Positions 7,667 to 15,907 of a stretch of DNA of 26,678 bases are shown here, piece after piece. The DNA is from a virus (Duplodnaviria > Caudoviricetes): positions 1-26,678 of the IMG/VR virus record IMGVR_UViG_3300049190_000011; one strand, 5' to 3'. The notes under the pieces were generated by a model. The model made no database searches and was not told the origin of the DNA. It was given only the letters and a program-made list of their open reading frames with translations. Positions within the stretch are counted from its first letter, which is position 1. Each line of letters opens with the position of its first letter. The position numbers and the translations under genes are program-made.

Positions 7667-9643
7667 CTACTTTGCCTCGCCCCACGAGGGACCGATCTCG
7701 GTATCTACGCGGAATGGCACCTCAGCCTTGCGCACGTCCCGCATCACGGCCGCCATGGCGTAGGCCTCATCCCGGCTCTCAACAGAGCCGTCGATCTCGT
7801 CGTGCACCTGCAGCTGCAGGAAGTGTCCAGCCGCGTCGAGCTCGACCAGCGCCTCCTTGGTCTGGTCGGCGCTGGAGCCCTGGATGAGCCGGTTCAGCGC
7901 CTTGTGCGTCCAGTCATAGGAGCCGTCTGGCTTCTGAGGGAAGTGGAGCTTGCGGCCACCAATGGTCTTGATGAAGCCGTTCTTCTTCGCCTGGGCCTCA
8001 GCCTTCTTCGCCAGCTGTTTGATGAACGGCGCGCGGCTATCAAATTTGTCGATGATCTCCTGGCCTTCTTCGCCAGCGGCCTCGAACATGTAGCCGTCTT
8101 CGACCTCACGGCGCGCTTCCAGGGCCTCTTCACGGGTCGCATGGTAGCTGACCCGGCGCTCCCTCCCACGCCCAGAGGCCAGAGCCCAGCGGGTGGGGAG
8201 ACCGCAGTCACGGCTCAGCTTCGCGCCGCCCTCACCGTAGCAGAGCCCTAGGTAGAGGTTCTTGGCGTACTTCCGGGGCAGGCCGGTCAGGTCGGCCATG
8301 AATTGGTGATTGTCGAGGTTGGGGTCGTCCCAGTAGGCCTTGGCCGCCACCCGCGCCTTGGGCAGGTCCATGATGGCCGCGAAGTGCGTGGTCCACCGGG
8401 GCTCCTGCTGGCTGTAGTCGTTCGCCACCCACTCGCAGCCTTCCTCAGGGATGTAGATCGAGCGCCACATGGCGGCGAACTCATCCCGGCTCGGCTGCTG
8501 CTGGAGGTTGGGGTCGACGCAGCTGAGGCGGCCGTAGCGCGCGCCCTTCTGGTCGCCCTTCTCGTCCTCACGAGCGATCTGGTTGAAGGTGCAGTGGATG
8601 CGGCCGTTGACCATGTAGTTGCGCACCGACGCGGCGAAGGTGGTGCGCAGCTTGTTGACCTTGCGAGCCCAGGCGATCGAGGTTGCCACCTCGTGGTCGA
8701 TGCCACCGAGCAGGAACTTGTCGATCTGAGGCTGCCCTGTACTCGTCTCTTCGAGCTTGATGCCGATGGCCTCCAGCGCCGGAGCAAGGGCACCGGCCTT
8801 CCACACGTCGCCGATGGCTATGCTGTGACCGGTGTGGTGTTTGACCCGCGCCAGCGCCTCAGCCTCTTGGGTCATCGACCACTCTTCGACCTGGCGCAGC
8901 TTCTCAAGATCGATGCGCACCCCGCGCCGCCGCATGCGGACTAGGCAGGGAAGCACTCGGCTCTCTAGGTTCCACACACCCCACAGGTCTTCATCGTCGA
9001 TGCGGCGCTCCTGGCGGCGCATGATGAGCAGCGGCTGCTGAGTGTCGGCCTCGGCGTAGGGGCCCACGTAGCGCGCCGGGAGCCGCCACATGCCACTCTT
9101 GGGGTCCACCCCGTAGATGCGTGCGGCTTCCTCCAGCAGGGACACGTCCTTGCCCGGCAGGCCATTGCGCTCGGCTATGTTCTGCAGTGAGAAGCTGTGG
9201 TGGAGCTCGTAGATCAGCGGGTCGGCGATCTGGATGTCTCGGAAGTAGCGGACCTCCTTGAAGTCGACCTCATCTTCGAGAAGGTAGTCTAGGTCGTACT
9301 GCAGGTTCGCGCCGACCAAGTCGCCCTTGAAGACCTTCGCCTGGGCTCGCAGGTAGGCCAGCACCTGGGCCTCGTCTAGGTTGTCCCCGCCCTCGTGCCG
9401 CATGGGCAGGTAGGCACTAGGGCCGTCTTCGATCGTGAAGCTGACCCCGGTGATGAAGCCCCCGCGCCGGACCCCGATGCCCAGCTGCTTGAGGTGAGGG
9501 TCCTTGGTTTCAACGTCGACGCAGACCCGCTTGGCGTCGGCCCAGGAGGGCAGTGAGCCCAGGGAGGGAGGGCTCCACTGGCTCTCCGGGGCGAACAAAG
9601 GCATTTGCAGCGGACCCCCGCTGCCAGACTTTCTCGCTGCCAT
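7667..9643 (-). CDS. polA: DNA polymerase family A with 3'-5' exonuclease
   Basis: Exo motifs DVET, NLQYD, YAEAD; GRLSCVDPNLQQQP; motif A DYSQQEPR, motif B RKYAKNLYLGLCYG, motif C VHDE. Confidence 0.95.
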   Translation of the reverse strand: MAARKSGSGGPLQMPLFAPESQWSPPSLGSLPSWADAKRVCVDVETKDPHLKQLGIGVRRGGFITGVSFTIEDGPSAYLPMRHEGGDNLDEAQVLAYLRAQAKVFKGDLVGANLQYDLDYLLEDEVDFKEVRYFRDIQIADPLIYELHHSFSLQNIAERNGLPGKDVSLLEEAARIYGVDPKSGMWRLPARYVGPYAEADTQQPLLIMRRQERRIDDEDLWGVWNLESRVLPCLVRMRRRGVRIDLEKLRQVEEWSMTQEAEALARVKHHTGHSIAIGDVWKAGALAPALEAIGIKLEETSTGQPQIDKFLLGGIDHEVATSIAWARKVNKLRTTFAASVRNYMVNGRIHCTFNQIAREDEKGDQKGARYGRLSCVDPNLQQQPSRDEFAAMWRSIYIPEEGCEWVANDYSQQEPRWTTHFAAIMDLPKARVAAKAYWDDPNLDNHQFMADLTGLPRKYAKNLYLGLCYGEGGAKLSRDCGLPTRWALASGRGRERRVSYHATREEALEARREVEDGYMFEAAGEEGQEIIDKFDSRAPFIKQLAKKAEAQAKKNGFIKTIGGRKLHFPQKPDGSYDWTHKALNRLIQGSSADQTKEALVELDAAGHFLQLQVHDEIDGSVESRDEAYAMAAVMRDVRKAEVPFRVDTEIGPSWGEAK

Positions 9644-9646
9644 CGG

Positions 9647-10087
9647 TCAGAGGCTCGCGTCTTGGGTGGTGCCCTGGCTGTGGATCATGCGGCACGTGGC
9701 GATGAGCGAGCGGATGTCTTTCTGCGCCTCCAGCAGGTGCTGCCGGTTGCTCCAGTGCAGAAGCATGTTGAGCGCCCCGGCTTCGACCGCGTCGCAGCCG
9801 TTCACCCGGCAGAATTCGGCGATGGTCTCGTGCGGCACCACCCCGCGCGGCAGGCGGACCCCCTCGTCATAGAGCTCGATGAGCTTCTGGACGTAGTGGT
9901 CGGCCTTCTCAAGGTCCTGGAGCCCGTTCTTCTTGCGCCAGCGGGCCACGTACTTGGTGGCGCAGCCCTCTAGGTAGCCGATCCCGTGGCGCTCGATCAG
10001 GTCCCAGTGTTCGAGCAGCCCATTCTTGTAGTGGTCACCGCCGACCTGGCGTTGGTTAGCAGACAGCAAGCCCATTTCATCCTCCAT
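9647..10087 (-). CDS. DUF3310-family protein (T7 gp1.7-like), possible nucleotide kinase
   Basis: ATG 10087 in TGATG overlap; QVGGDHYK...WDLI...GYLEGCATKYVARWRKKNGLQDLEKADHY. Confidence 0.7.
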   Translation of the reverse strand: MEDEMGLLSANQRQVGGDHYKNGLLEHWDLIERHGIGYLEGCATKYVARWRKKNGLQDLEKADHYVQKLIELYDEGVRLPRGVVPHETIAEFCRVNGCDAVEAGALNMLLHWSNRQHLLEAQKDIRSLIATCRMIHSQGTTQDASL

Positions 10088-10641
10088 CACTCGCAGAGCT
10101 CCTTGATCACGCCCGACTGGCGTGGCAGGAGGTTCTCGCGCGCCTTGAGCGCATCGAGCAGGGCCTGTCCGCGTGGCGGCAATGGCACCTCGTCGAAGTA
10201 CCGTTCGATCTCGGTGAGCCCTTCCTGAGCGTACAGGTTGCCCCGAAGCAGCTGCTCCTTGCTCCACAGCCAGAACTCCAGCCGGTCACAGGCCTTGAGC
10301 TTGGCAAAGTCGAGCTCGTCCAGATCGTGCTCGGCCGGGAGACCGAGCGAATGATTGATGCGGGTCTCCAGCTTGCCGACCTCGTTCTTGAAGCCGGGCA
10401 CGTAGCGACCCACCGGAGCCGGGCTGTCGCCTACCCAGGCCTCAGGCACGTCGTGGCTGAGGCAGTAGGCCGCCAGCCGGGGGAAGTCGTCCGGCCACAG
10501 GTACCACATCAGCATGGCGACGCCCCAGCTGTGGGCCGCATTCGAGTAGGACCCTTGGTGGAGGATGCCGTGGCACCGCTCAACCGCGCCGCCTGAGCGG
10601 CTCTGGATGACCGCATTGGCCATGTTGTTCCAGTCGCTCAT
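10087..10641 (-). CDS. HD-domain 5'-deoxynucleotidase (YfbR-like)
   Basis: SNAAHSWGV, LSHDVPEAWVGD.PAP, KACDRLE. Confidence 0.8.
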   Translation of the reverse strand: MSDWNNMANAVIQSRSGGAVERCHGILHQGSYSNAAHSWGVAMLMWYLWPDDFPRLAAYCLSHDVPEAWVGDSPAPVGRYVPGFKNEVGKLETRINHSLGLPAEHDLDELDFAKLKACDRLEFWLWSKEQLLRGNLYAQEGLTEIERYFDEVPLPPRGQALLDALKARENLLPRQSGVIKELCE

Positions 10642-11693
10642 GCCTCAGCTTCCTCTTCACGCTTCGCCTGGGCGTCACGACGGCGCTCCAGCCATTCCTG
10701 ACAGGCCACGCGCCAATCGGCCGCATGACATTGGCTGAGGTTCTCGAAGGCGAGCTCGAACCGCTCAAGGTCATCGCTCTCCTTGTAGGCTTGGTGGGCC
10801 AGCCACATGGGAATAGCGACGCGGCGAAAGAACGGGTCACGAAGCCCAGGGGTGGGTCCAACGTCGAGGAACACGCTCAGGTCCTCGCGCCACTGCTTGA
10901 TGTTGGTGGAGACGAGCGGGTAGGGCTCGACCAGTCCCTCGGCATAGGGGTTGTAGGGCACCCGCTGGAGGATGGGCTGCACCTGCTCCAGTGTGGCGTG
11001 GTAGGCGTGGAGGTTGTTGCTCATCTGGTAGAGCCGACCGACCGGCACACCGACCCCAGCCGCCAGGAATTCCTGGAGGTACGAGAAGTGGACCGCGTTG
11101 GCCCCATAGGCACCCCACACCACGTCGTTCGAGCGGTTGCACAGCGTCATGTCCAGCCGCCCTTCGGTGCTGACCGAGACGTAGATGTGCGTGTTACAGG
11201 GCACGTCCTTGCCCCCGGCGCGCGCGGTCGGCGGGTCGACATGGCCGTCCCACATGCTGATGACCTGGCGGCGGTCGTCAGGGTTGTGCTTGAGCGCCTC
11301 GATCACGTCAAGCAGCTGGTCCTGCAGCATGAAGCCCTCGCCATCAGGGGTCTGCTGCTGAAACCACTTGAGCCAGCGCGCGCCATAGGCCCCGTGCAGG
11401 GTCTTGCCGTCGTCGCTGAACGTCTTCATCCGCTTGACGAAGTGCGCCACGTACTTCACGTCGTTGCGCCCCGCCAGCATCCACAGGCTCTCGAAGAGGT
11501 GGAAGAACGGGTTAGCATCGCGCTCTGGGTAGTAAATCACCCGCTCGCACGGCTCTTCATAGACGGTCGTGACCGGACCCGGAAACAGGCGCACGGGCCC
11601 GTTCCTGCTCTCGCGGTCGATGCCTACCTGGTCCAGGTCGACGAGCGCCTTGGGCAGCGCCTCCTGGACGTTCCGGGTCCGGATCACATGCAT
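10638..11693 (-). CDS. thymidylate synthase-family dUMP hydroxymethyltransferase
   Basis: ESRNG, NPFFHLFESLWML.G, RRQV, catalytic PCN, NRSND..WG..GAN (Asn at the dUMP-specificity position), NLHAY; located in a 5-hmdU modification cluster. Confidence 0.85.
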   Translation of the reverse strand: MHVIRTRNVQEALPKALVDLDQVGIDRESRNGPVRLFPGPVTTVYEEPCERVIYYPERDANPFFHLFESLWMLAGRNDVKYVAHFVKRMKTFSDDGKTLHGAYGARWLKWFQQQTPDGEGFMLQDQLLDVIEALKHNPDDRRQVISMWDGHVDPPTARAGGKDVPCNTHIYVSVSTEGRLDMTLCNRSNDVVWGAYGANAVHFSYLQEFLAAGVGVPVGRLYQMSNNLHAYHATLEQVQPILQRVPYNPYAEGLVEPYPLVSTNIKQWREDLSVFLDVGPTPGLRDPFFRRVAIPMWLAHQAYKESDDLERFELAFENLSQCHAADWRVACQEWLERRRDAQAKREEEAEA

Positions 11694-11694
11694 G

Positions 11695-12312
11695 TTAGGC
11701 GGCCTCCCGCACGATGCCGAGCTCGGCATTGAGGTCGCTGATGAGGGTGGCCGGGAGATTGCCCTTCGGCCCCGCCATCACCTCAGGCAGGAAGTCCTGC
11801 ACCTCAGGCCACACCTCGACCAGACGGCCGATCGTGGTGACGCTCTCGATGACCGCCTTGACCTTGGCGCGAAGGGCGCGCTCGCGCTCTTCGACATCCT
11901 TGTTCATGGCGTCGAGCACCGCCTTGGCGTCCCGCACCGCGTTGCGTGCGGCCATGTAGGGGTGGTCAGGGCGGATGATCGAAGCAATGTGGGTGCCGTG
12001 GCGGCTGTTGTGGACCTCGTAGGGCACCCGCTGTGCGTCGGCGAACTTGATCTCCAGCACCTCGTTGGTGTCTTCGACCGCCACCTTGACGCTGCTGGCC
12101 TTCGGAAACCAGCCATCGGGAGCAGCCTGGAGCCGCTTGCGATCGAGCTCCGAGAAGGCTGCCTCGTAGCCAGCCTGGTCGCGCTCCTTGGTGAGCAACC
12201 GGAGCTTCTCGTCTTGTTCAGCGATCAGCAGCCGGTCGGCTGCGAACCGCTGGGTCAGGGCATTGGCAATGATGCCGTCCCTGAGCTCGGCATTGATACG
12301 AATTGTCGACAT
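11695..12312 (-). CDS. Nmad5 (nucleotide modification associated domain 5)-like protein
   Basis: MSTIRINAELRD.II.NAL start; C-terminal SVTTIGRLVEVWPEVQDFLP...LP; position between transferase and hydroxymethylase. Confidence 0.7.
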   Translation of the reverse strand: MSTIRINAELRDGIIANALTQRFAADRLLIAEQDEKLRLLTKERDQAGYEAAFSELDRKRLQAAPDGWFPKASSVKVAVEDTNEVLEIKFADAQRVPYEVHNSRHGTHIASIIRPDHPYMAARNAVRDAKAVLDAMNKDVEERERALRAKVKAVIESVTTIGRLVEVWPEVQDFLPEVMAGPKGNLPATLISDLNAELGIVREAA

Positions 12313-12313
12313 G

Positions 12314-13201
12314 TCATCCCTTTCTCGGTTGGTACCTCTGCTTCGGCGCGCCCTCACCTAAGCGAGCGCGCTCGTATTTGTCGAACTCACACAGCGTGTG
12401 TTCGACATCGCGCATCTCCCAGCGAGGCCAGTCGACCGGCCAGAAAGCCGGGTCGAGCGACTGTGCCAGAAGACAACGCATCCCCGCAATCAGCGTCTGC
12501 TGGTCGCGTGGACCCTGGTAGCGCAGCGTCCCTAAAGGGAGACCCTGCACCCGGCAGAGCCCCCGCGCCGCTCCTGGGCCTGCCGACGCCCACGTCATAA
12601 TGTCCGGGGCCTCGTTGAGCATGCTGGTGTGGCGCAGGTCTGTCACGATCTCGTAGGCCATGAACGCCCCCAGGTAAGGGAAGCCGCACAGCACCTCGTG
12701 GACCGCCTTGAGCTCGGTCGTGTCGTCACAGGCATAGGCCATCACCCCGCACTCAGGCCCGACCGCGCTGATGCACTGCAGCAGGCCGTCGACCTTGTCC
12801 ATACCGGGCGGGCTCTTGATCATGTAGGCAGCGCCTAGGATGGTATGCCCAGAGGCGACGCGGTCCTTGAGCAGGCGGCGCGCTTCCTCCACGTCCCAGG
12901 TGCCCAGGAGCAGGGGCTTGAGGAGCTCTCCGGTCTCGATCTTGTTGAACCACCGGAACACCACGGCCGCTAGGAACTGACGGTATCCGTCGTCACCCAG
13001 CGGCTCCCGGATGTTGTCCTTGAACCACCGGGTGACCCGGTCGTCTTCGCGGAACACATTGCAGAAGCGGTAAGCCGCCAAGATGGGGTCGTCAGTCCAC
13101 GGGGCCCCGGCTCCATCGGTCAGCGCCAGGTCGAGCTCCTTGGTCAGCATCAGCTGGTAGCGAGCTCGCGCGTAGGCGAAGAACCGCTCAGCGCCTTGCA
13201 T
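12314..13201 (-). CDS. alpha-glutamyl/putrescinyl thymine pyrophosphorylase clade 1 (aGPT-Pplase1)
   Basis: PWTDDPIL..YRFCNVFREDDRVT, FRWFNK, G.FMAYEIVTDL, GPGAARGL, EHTLCEFDKY.R. Confidence 0.85.
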   Translation of the reverse strand: MQGAERFFAYARARYQLMLTKELDLALTDGAGAPWTDDPILAAYRFCNVFREDDRVTRWFKDNIREPLGDDGYRQFLAAVVFRWFNKIETGELLKPLLLGTWDVEEARRLLKDRVASGHTILGAAYMIKSPPGMDKVDGLLQCISAVGPECGVMAYACDDTTELKAVHEVLCGFPYLGAFMAYEIVTDLRHTSMLNEAPDIMTWASAGPGAARGLCRVQGLPLGTLRYQGPRDQQTLIAGMRCLLAQSLDPAFWPVDWPRWEMRDVEHTLCEFDKYERARLGEGAPKQRYQPRKG

Positions 13202-13487
13202 TGAACCGCTCCGCAACACGCTTGGCGAAACCGGCCGTGTTGAGCTCAGGCGGCATTTGCAGGCTGCTGTGCGTGACGACAATGCGCTTGTCGTCCAGCG
13301 TCCCAGCCATGCTCTTGAGCGCCACCGAGACCATGCTGCTGAACAAGAGCAGCATGGCCGCGTCCCAATAGCGGTACTGGTCGAGCAGGCGCAGCATGCC
13401 GACGATCACGAGCAGGTCGAACATCGACAAATTCTCGCGGGTGGTGTAGGCCGCGCAACGGCGGCAGAACCTCCAGAACCTCTTCAC
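13188..13487 (-). CDS. small membrane protein (99 aa)
   Basis: GTGA overlap with the kinase stop; hydrophobic segments LSMFDLLVIVGML and AAMLLLFSSMVSVAL. Confidence 0.55.
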   Translation of the reverse strand: MKRFWRFCRRCAAYTTRENLSMFDLLVIVGMLRLLDQYRYWDAAMLLLFSSMVSVALKSMAGTLDDKRIVVTHSSLQMPPELNTAGFAKRVAERFNARR

Positions 13488-14119
13488 AGCCCTAGCTCCT
13501 TCTTGATGATCTCCAGCCCCTGGTCGCGGTCGGCCCAGACGGCGCGCACCCCGGCCTCGTCCAGCCGCTTCATGGATGTCTTCACCCCGCTGAACTTGCT
13601 GGCTGTGTTCTTGGGGTTGACATCACCCTTCGGCTCCGGGAGCTCCAGTAGCTTGCGGCCGCGCGCGGCGCGCTCAGCATTCTCGGCTTCGATCTTGGCC
13701 ACGCGGCGGTCGAAGTCCGCCTGGCGGCGCTGGTTTATCGAGGTGAGGCAAAGCTCCAGGGGAGTGTCCAACGCCACCACGAGCAATGGCAGGCCATCCT
13801 CGTGCAGCTTGACCGCGCGGTTGACCTCTGCGCTGATGAGCAGGCCCTCGTAGAGCACGTCCATCCCCGCGCTGTGCGACTGCCGTACGAGCTCATAGAT
13901 GTGGTCTTGGTCGGTGATCGTGTCGCAGCCACCACAGGCGGTCTCGTAGTGGCCGATCACTGCCAGCGGCCGCCCACCAGCCGGGTGCTGGTAGATGTAG
14001 CCAATTGGTCGCTTCCTGTCCGGCACCTTGACTGCTGCCTTGGAAGGATAGCAAGCCATCACCGCCCTAGCCAGCGTGGTCTTACCAGACCCCGACGTTC
14101 CCCTGATGTTTATGATCAT
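13484..14119 (-). CDS. 5-hydroxymethyluracil DNA kinase (5-HMUDK, P-loop)
   Basis: MIINIRGTSGSGKTT, GHYETACGGCDTI, VLYEGLL, LDTPLELCL.SI..RR; cluster context. Confidence 0.85.
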   Translation of the reverse strand: MIINIRGTSGSGKTTLARAVMACYPSKAAVKVPDRKRPIGYIYQHPAGGRPLAVIGHYETACGGCDTITDQDHIYELVRQSHSAGMDVLYEGLLISAEVNRAVKLHEDGLPLLVVALDTPLELCLTSINQRRQADFDRRVAKIEAENAERAARGRKLLELPEPKGDVNPKNTASKFSGVKTSMKRLDEAGVRAVWADRDQGLEIIKKELGL

Positions 14120-14526
14120 GCTGCAGTCCTCATGTAAGCGAGCAACCGTTCGACATCTTGGAGCGTGAACTTGCCCTTCATGCTGTTGGCAATCTTGGTG
14201 ACCACAGCGACATTACCCTTAACATAGCCTCTGTCGTTATTGACGCGATCTAAGGTTGGGGTAAATGGTGTGTTGGTGGGCCCGAACGGAACGTCTAGAA
14301 TTGGACATCGAGCAGGAATAGTGATATCGTCTTTCGTTATGTCGAACTTCAACCCATCCCTAATAGCACGACGGCGGGCATTCATGAACATCTGCCTGAC
14401 CTGCCATTCAGGAGTGTCTTTCTTCTGCTCCCTGTTGGTCTTGATATTTGCCAAAGTACGTTCCCGAAATTGCGGATCAGTCCAGTACCTGCTCAACGCA
14501 CGTTCCGGCTTCCTAGGCCCCTTCAC
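14116..14526 (-). CDS. free-standing HNH-type homing endonuclease
   Basis: GTG 14526 in GTGA overlap; ARRRA...FDIT..DI.IP.RCPIL...PTLDRVNNDRGYVKGNVAVV...ANSMK; visibly more AT-rich than flanks. Confidence 0.75.
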   Translation of the reverse strand: MKGPRKPERALSRYWTDPQFRERTLANIKTNREQKKDTPEWQVRQMFMNARRRAIRDGLKFDITKDDITIPARCPILDVPFGPTNTPFTPTLDRVNNDRGYVKGNVAVVTKIANSMKGKFTLQDVERLLAYMRTAA

Positions 14527-15437
14527 GGCTCCAGGCCCAGCGTGGCAGCAACGCCAGCCCATTGCCGTGGCATATGCCGGATGCCGCTGTTCCAGAGCGG
14601 CCTGACGGTGATGGCGTTGCCCTTGACCCGCGTCCAGGCCTCGTCATCCTCCTTGGCAGCAGGCCGCCAGCCTTCGATGAAGTCGCCCTCCTGGGCCACC
14701 TTCACCGCGCCGCCAGCCAACCGCTCGAAATTGGCCTTCCAGCGATCGTACTTCGGTGGCATGTCGAGGCTCTTGCGGCCCATGACCGGCTGCTTGATGA
14801 TCGAGCTCCCCGCGTACCAGTAGGGCGTCCCTGGCACCGGGTAGGCGTAGGCCATGATGAAGCGGCCCTCCCGGAAGTAGAAGGCAGGGCGGCGCTCTTC
14901 ACCGTTCAACTGGTAGAGCGAGCGGTCGTAGTCGAGCTCGACGAGCCGGGTCCAGCCCCAATACACATGGCCCAGGCGGCGGCCCCAGCCGTGAGCCTGG
15001 ATGTACCAATCCACGTCGTCCATCTTGGGGGCGAAGGCGGCCTGCACCTCGCCACCAGCGAAGAGCTCGCGCGTCTTCGGCACGAGCAGCTGAGCGTTGA
15101 GGTGGTAGGAGCTCGGCCCAGCCAGCCACAGGCCGCTCTCCATCTGCTCACGAGCGTAGTTGCCGCCGTGCGGGGGGCTCTTGGTCGAGTACACGAAGCG
15201 CGCTTCCTCGGTCGCGCCATCGAACAGGTCCTGGGCATGCCACTGAGCCCACACCTCCCGGCATGCCTCGTCGGGGCCGAATTTCTCGGAGCCAGACGGG
15301 TAGATGGCCCCGGTGGAAGCCTGCCAGGCGACGCGCGGGTCATGGCTGTCGTGCCATGAAAAATCAATCTCCTTGCGCCACAGTAACCGAGCGAGCATCG
15401 ACCCCGTCAGTCCCATTCCCTCAATATGAACGCGCAT
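14523..15437 (-). CDS. FAD-dependent oxidoreductase (glycine/D-amino-acid oxidase-like), putative DNA-acting flavin lyase
   Basis: Rossmann motif VHIEGMGLTGSMLA, AWQASTG, late EGWRP; sits downstream of aGPT-Pplase2. Confidence 0.75.
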   Translation of the reverse strand: MRVHIEGMGLTGSMLARLLWRKEIDFSWHDSHDPRVAWQASTGAIYPSGSEKFGPDEACREVWAQWHAQDLFDGATEEARFVYSTKSPPHGGNYAREQMESGLWLAGPSSYHLNAQLLVPKTRELFAGGEVQAAFAPKMDDVDWYIQAHGWGRRLGHVYWGWTRLVELDYDRSLYQLNGEERRPAFYFREGRFIMAYAYPVPGTPYWYAGSSIIKQPVMGRKSLDMPPKYDRWKANFERLAGGAVKVAQEGDFIEGWRPAAKEDDEAWTRVKGNAITVRPLWNSGIRHMPRQWAGVAATLGLEP

Positions 15438-15907
15438 CAAATTCGTCCTTCCTGTTGCATTTGGCGCATGTTCTGCCGTCTGCGAGCTCGCTCTACCGGA
15501 TCAGCCGCCAAAGCCAACGATTGTCTTCGGAGGCGATCTCTCACTGCAGGATCAGCTGCTTTCTTCTTGAGAGTTTCGCTCACCTGTTTCTTGAATTGCG
15601 CCGTTCGGCGGCAGCCCTTAGGACTACTGGCGGCGGGGTTAATATTGTAACCGTGCCGAGCCGCCCCGGTCTTGTCAATCCATTGCTGTTCAAGCTCATC
15701 CAGCTGCCCAGGGAGGCAAACCTCGACCACAGAAAAGGTGAAGCATTGCTCCCCGTACTTGTTCCAAGCGCGCTGCAGCTTCACGTTCCAGTGAGCACCT
15801 TTCCGGAGAAGGTTCTTGTGGTCGCGCTGCCGCTTAGCCAGCCTGAGAGCTTGGCCAATGTAGCAGCGACCACGAGGGCCGTCAATCCGGTAGATACCAC
15901 AATCCAT
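15437..15907 (-). CDS. free-standing GIY-YIG homing endonuclease (Seg-like)
   Basis: GIYRI...CYIGQA...R..DH...L.KG.H.N.KLQRAWNKYG...EQQWID...GYNI; basic C-terminal tail. Confidence 0.85.
   Translation of the reverse strand: MDCGIYRIDGPRGRCYIGQALRLAKRQRDHKNLLRKGAHWNVKLQRAWNKYGEQCFTFSVVEVCLPGQLDELEQQWIDKTGAARHGYNINPAASSPKGCRRTAQFKKQVSETLKKKAADPAVRDRLRRQSLALAADPVERARRRQNMRQMQQEGRI

Noticed and set aside
10638-11693. Ordinary thymidylate synthase (thyA) or dCMP hydroxymethylase
   Set aside because: Divergent from ThyA, has Asn at the dUMP-specificity position, and neighbours 5-HMUDK and transferases, so dUMP hydroxymethylase fits best.
14116-15907. Group I introns or inteins hosting the endonucleases
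   Set aside because: Flanking genes are complete and overlap the endonuclease ORFs at stop/start codons, leaving no room for intron RNA. No intein motifs were seen in Pol, NrdA or the helicases.
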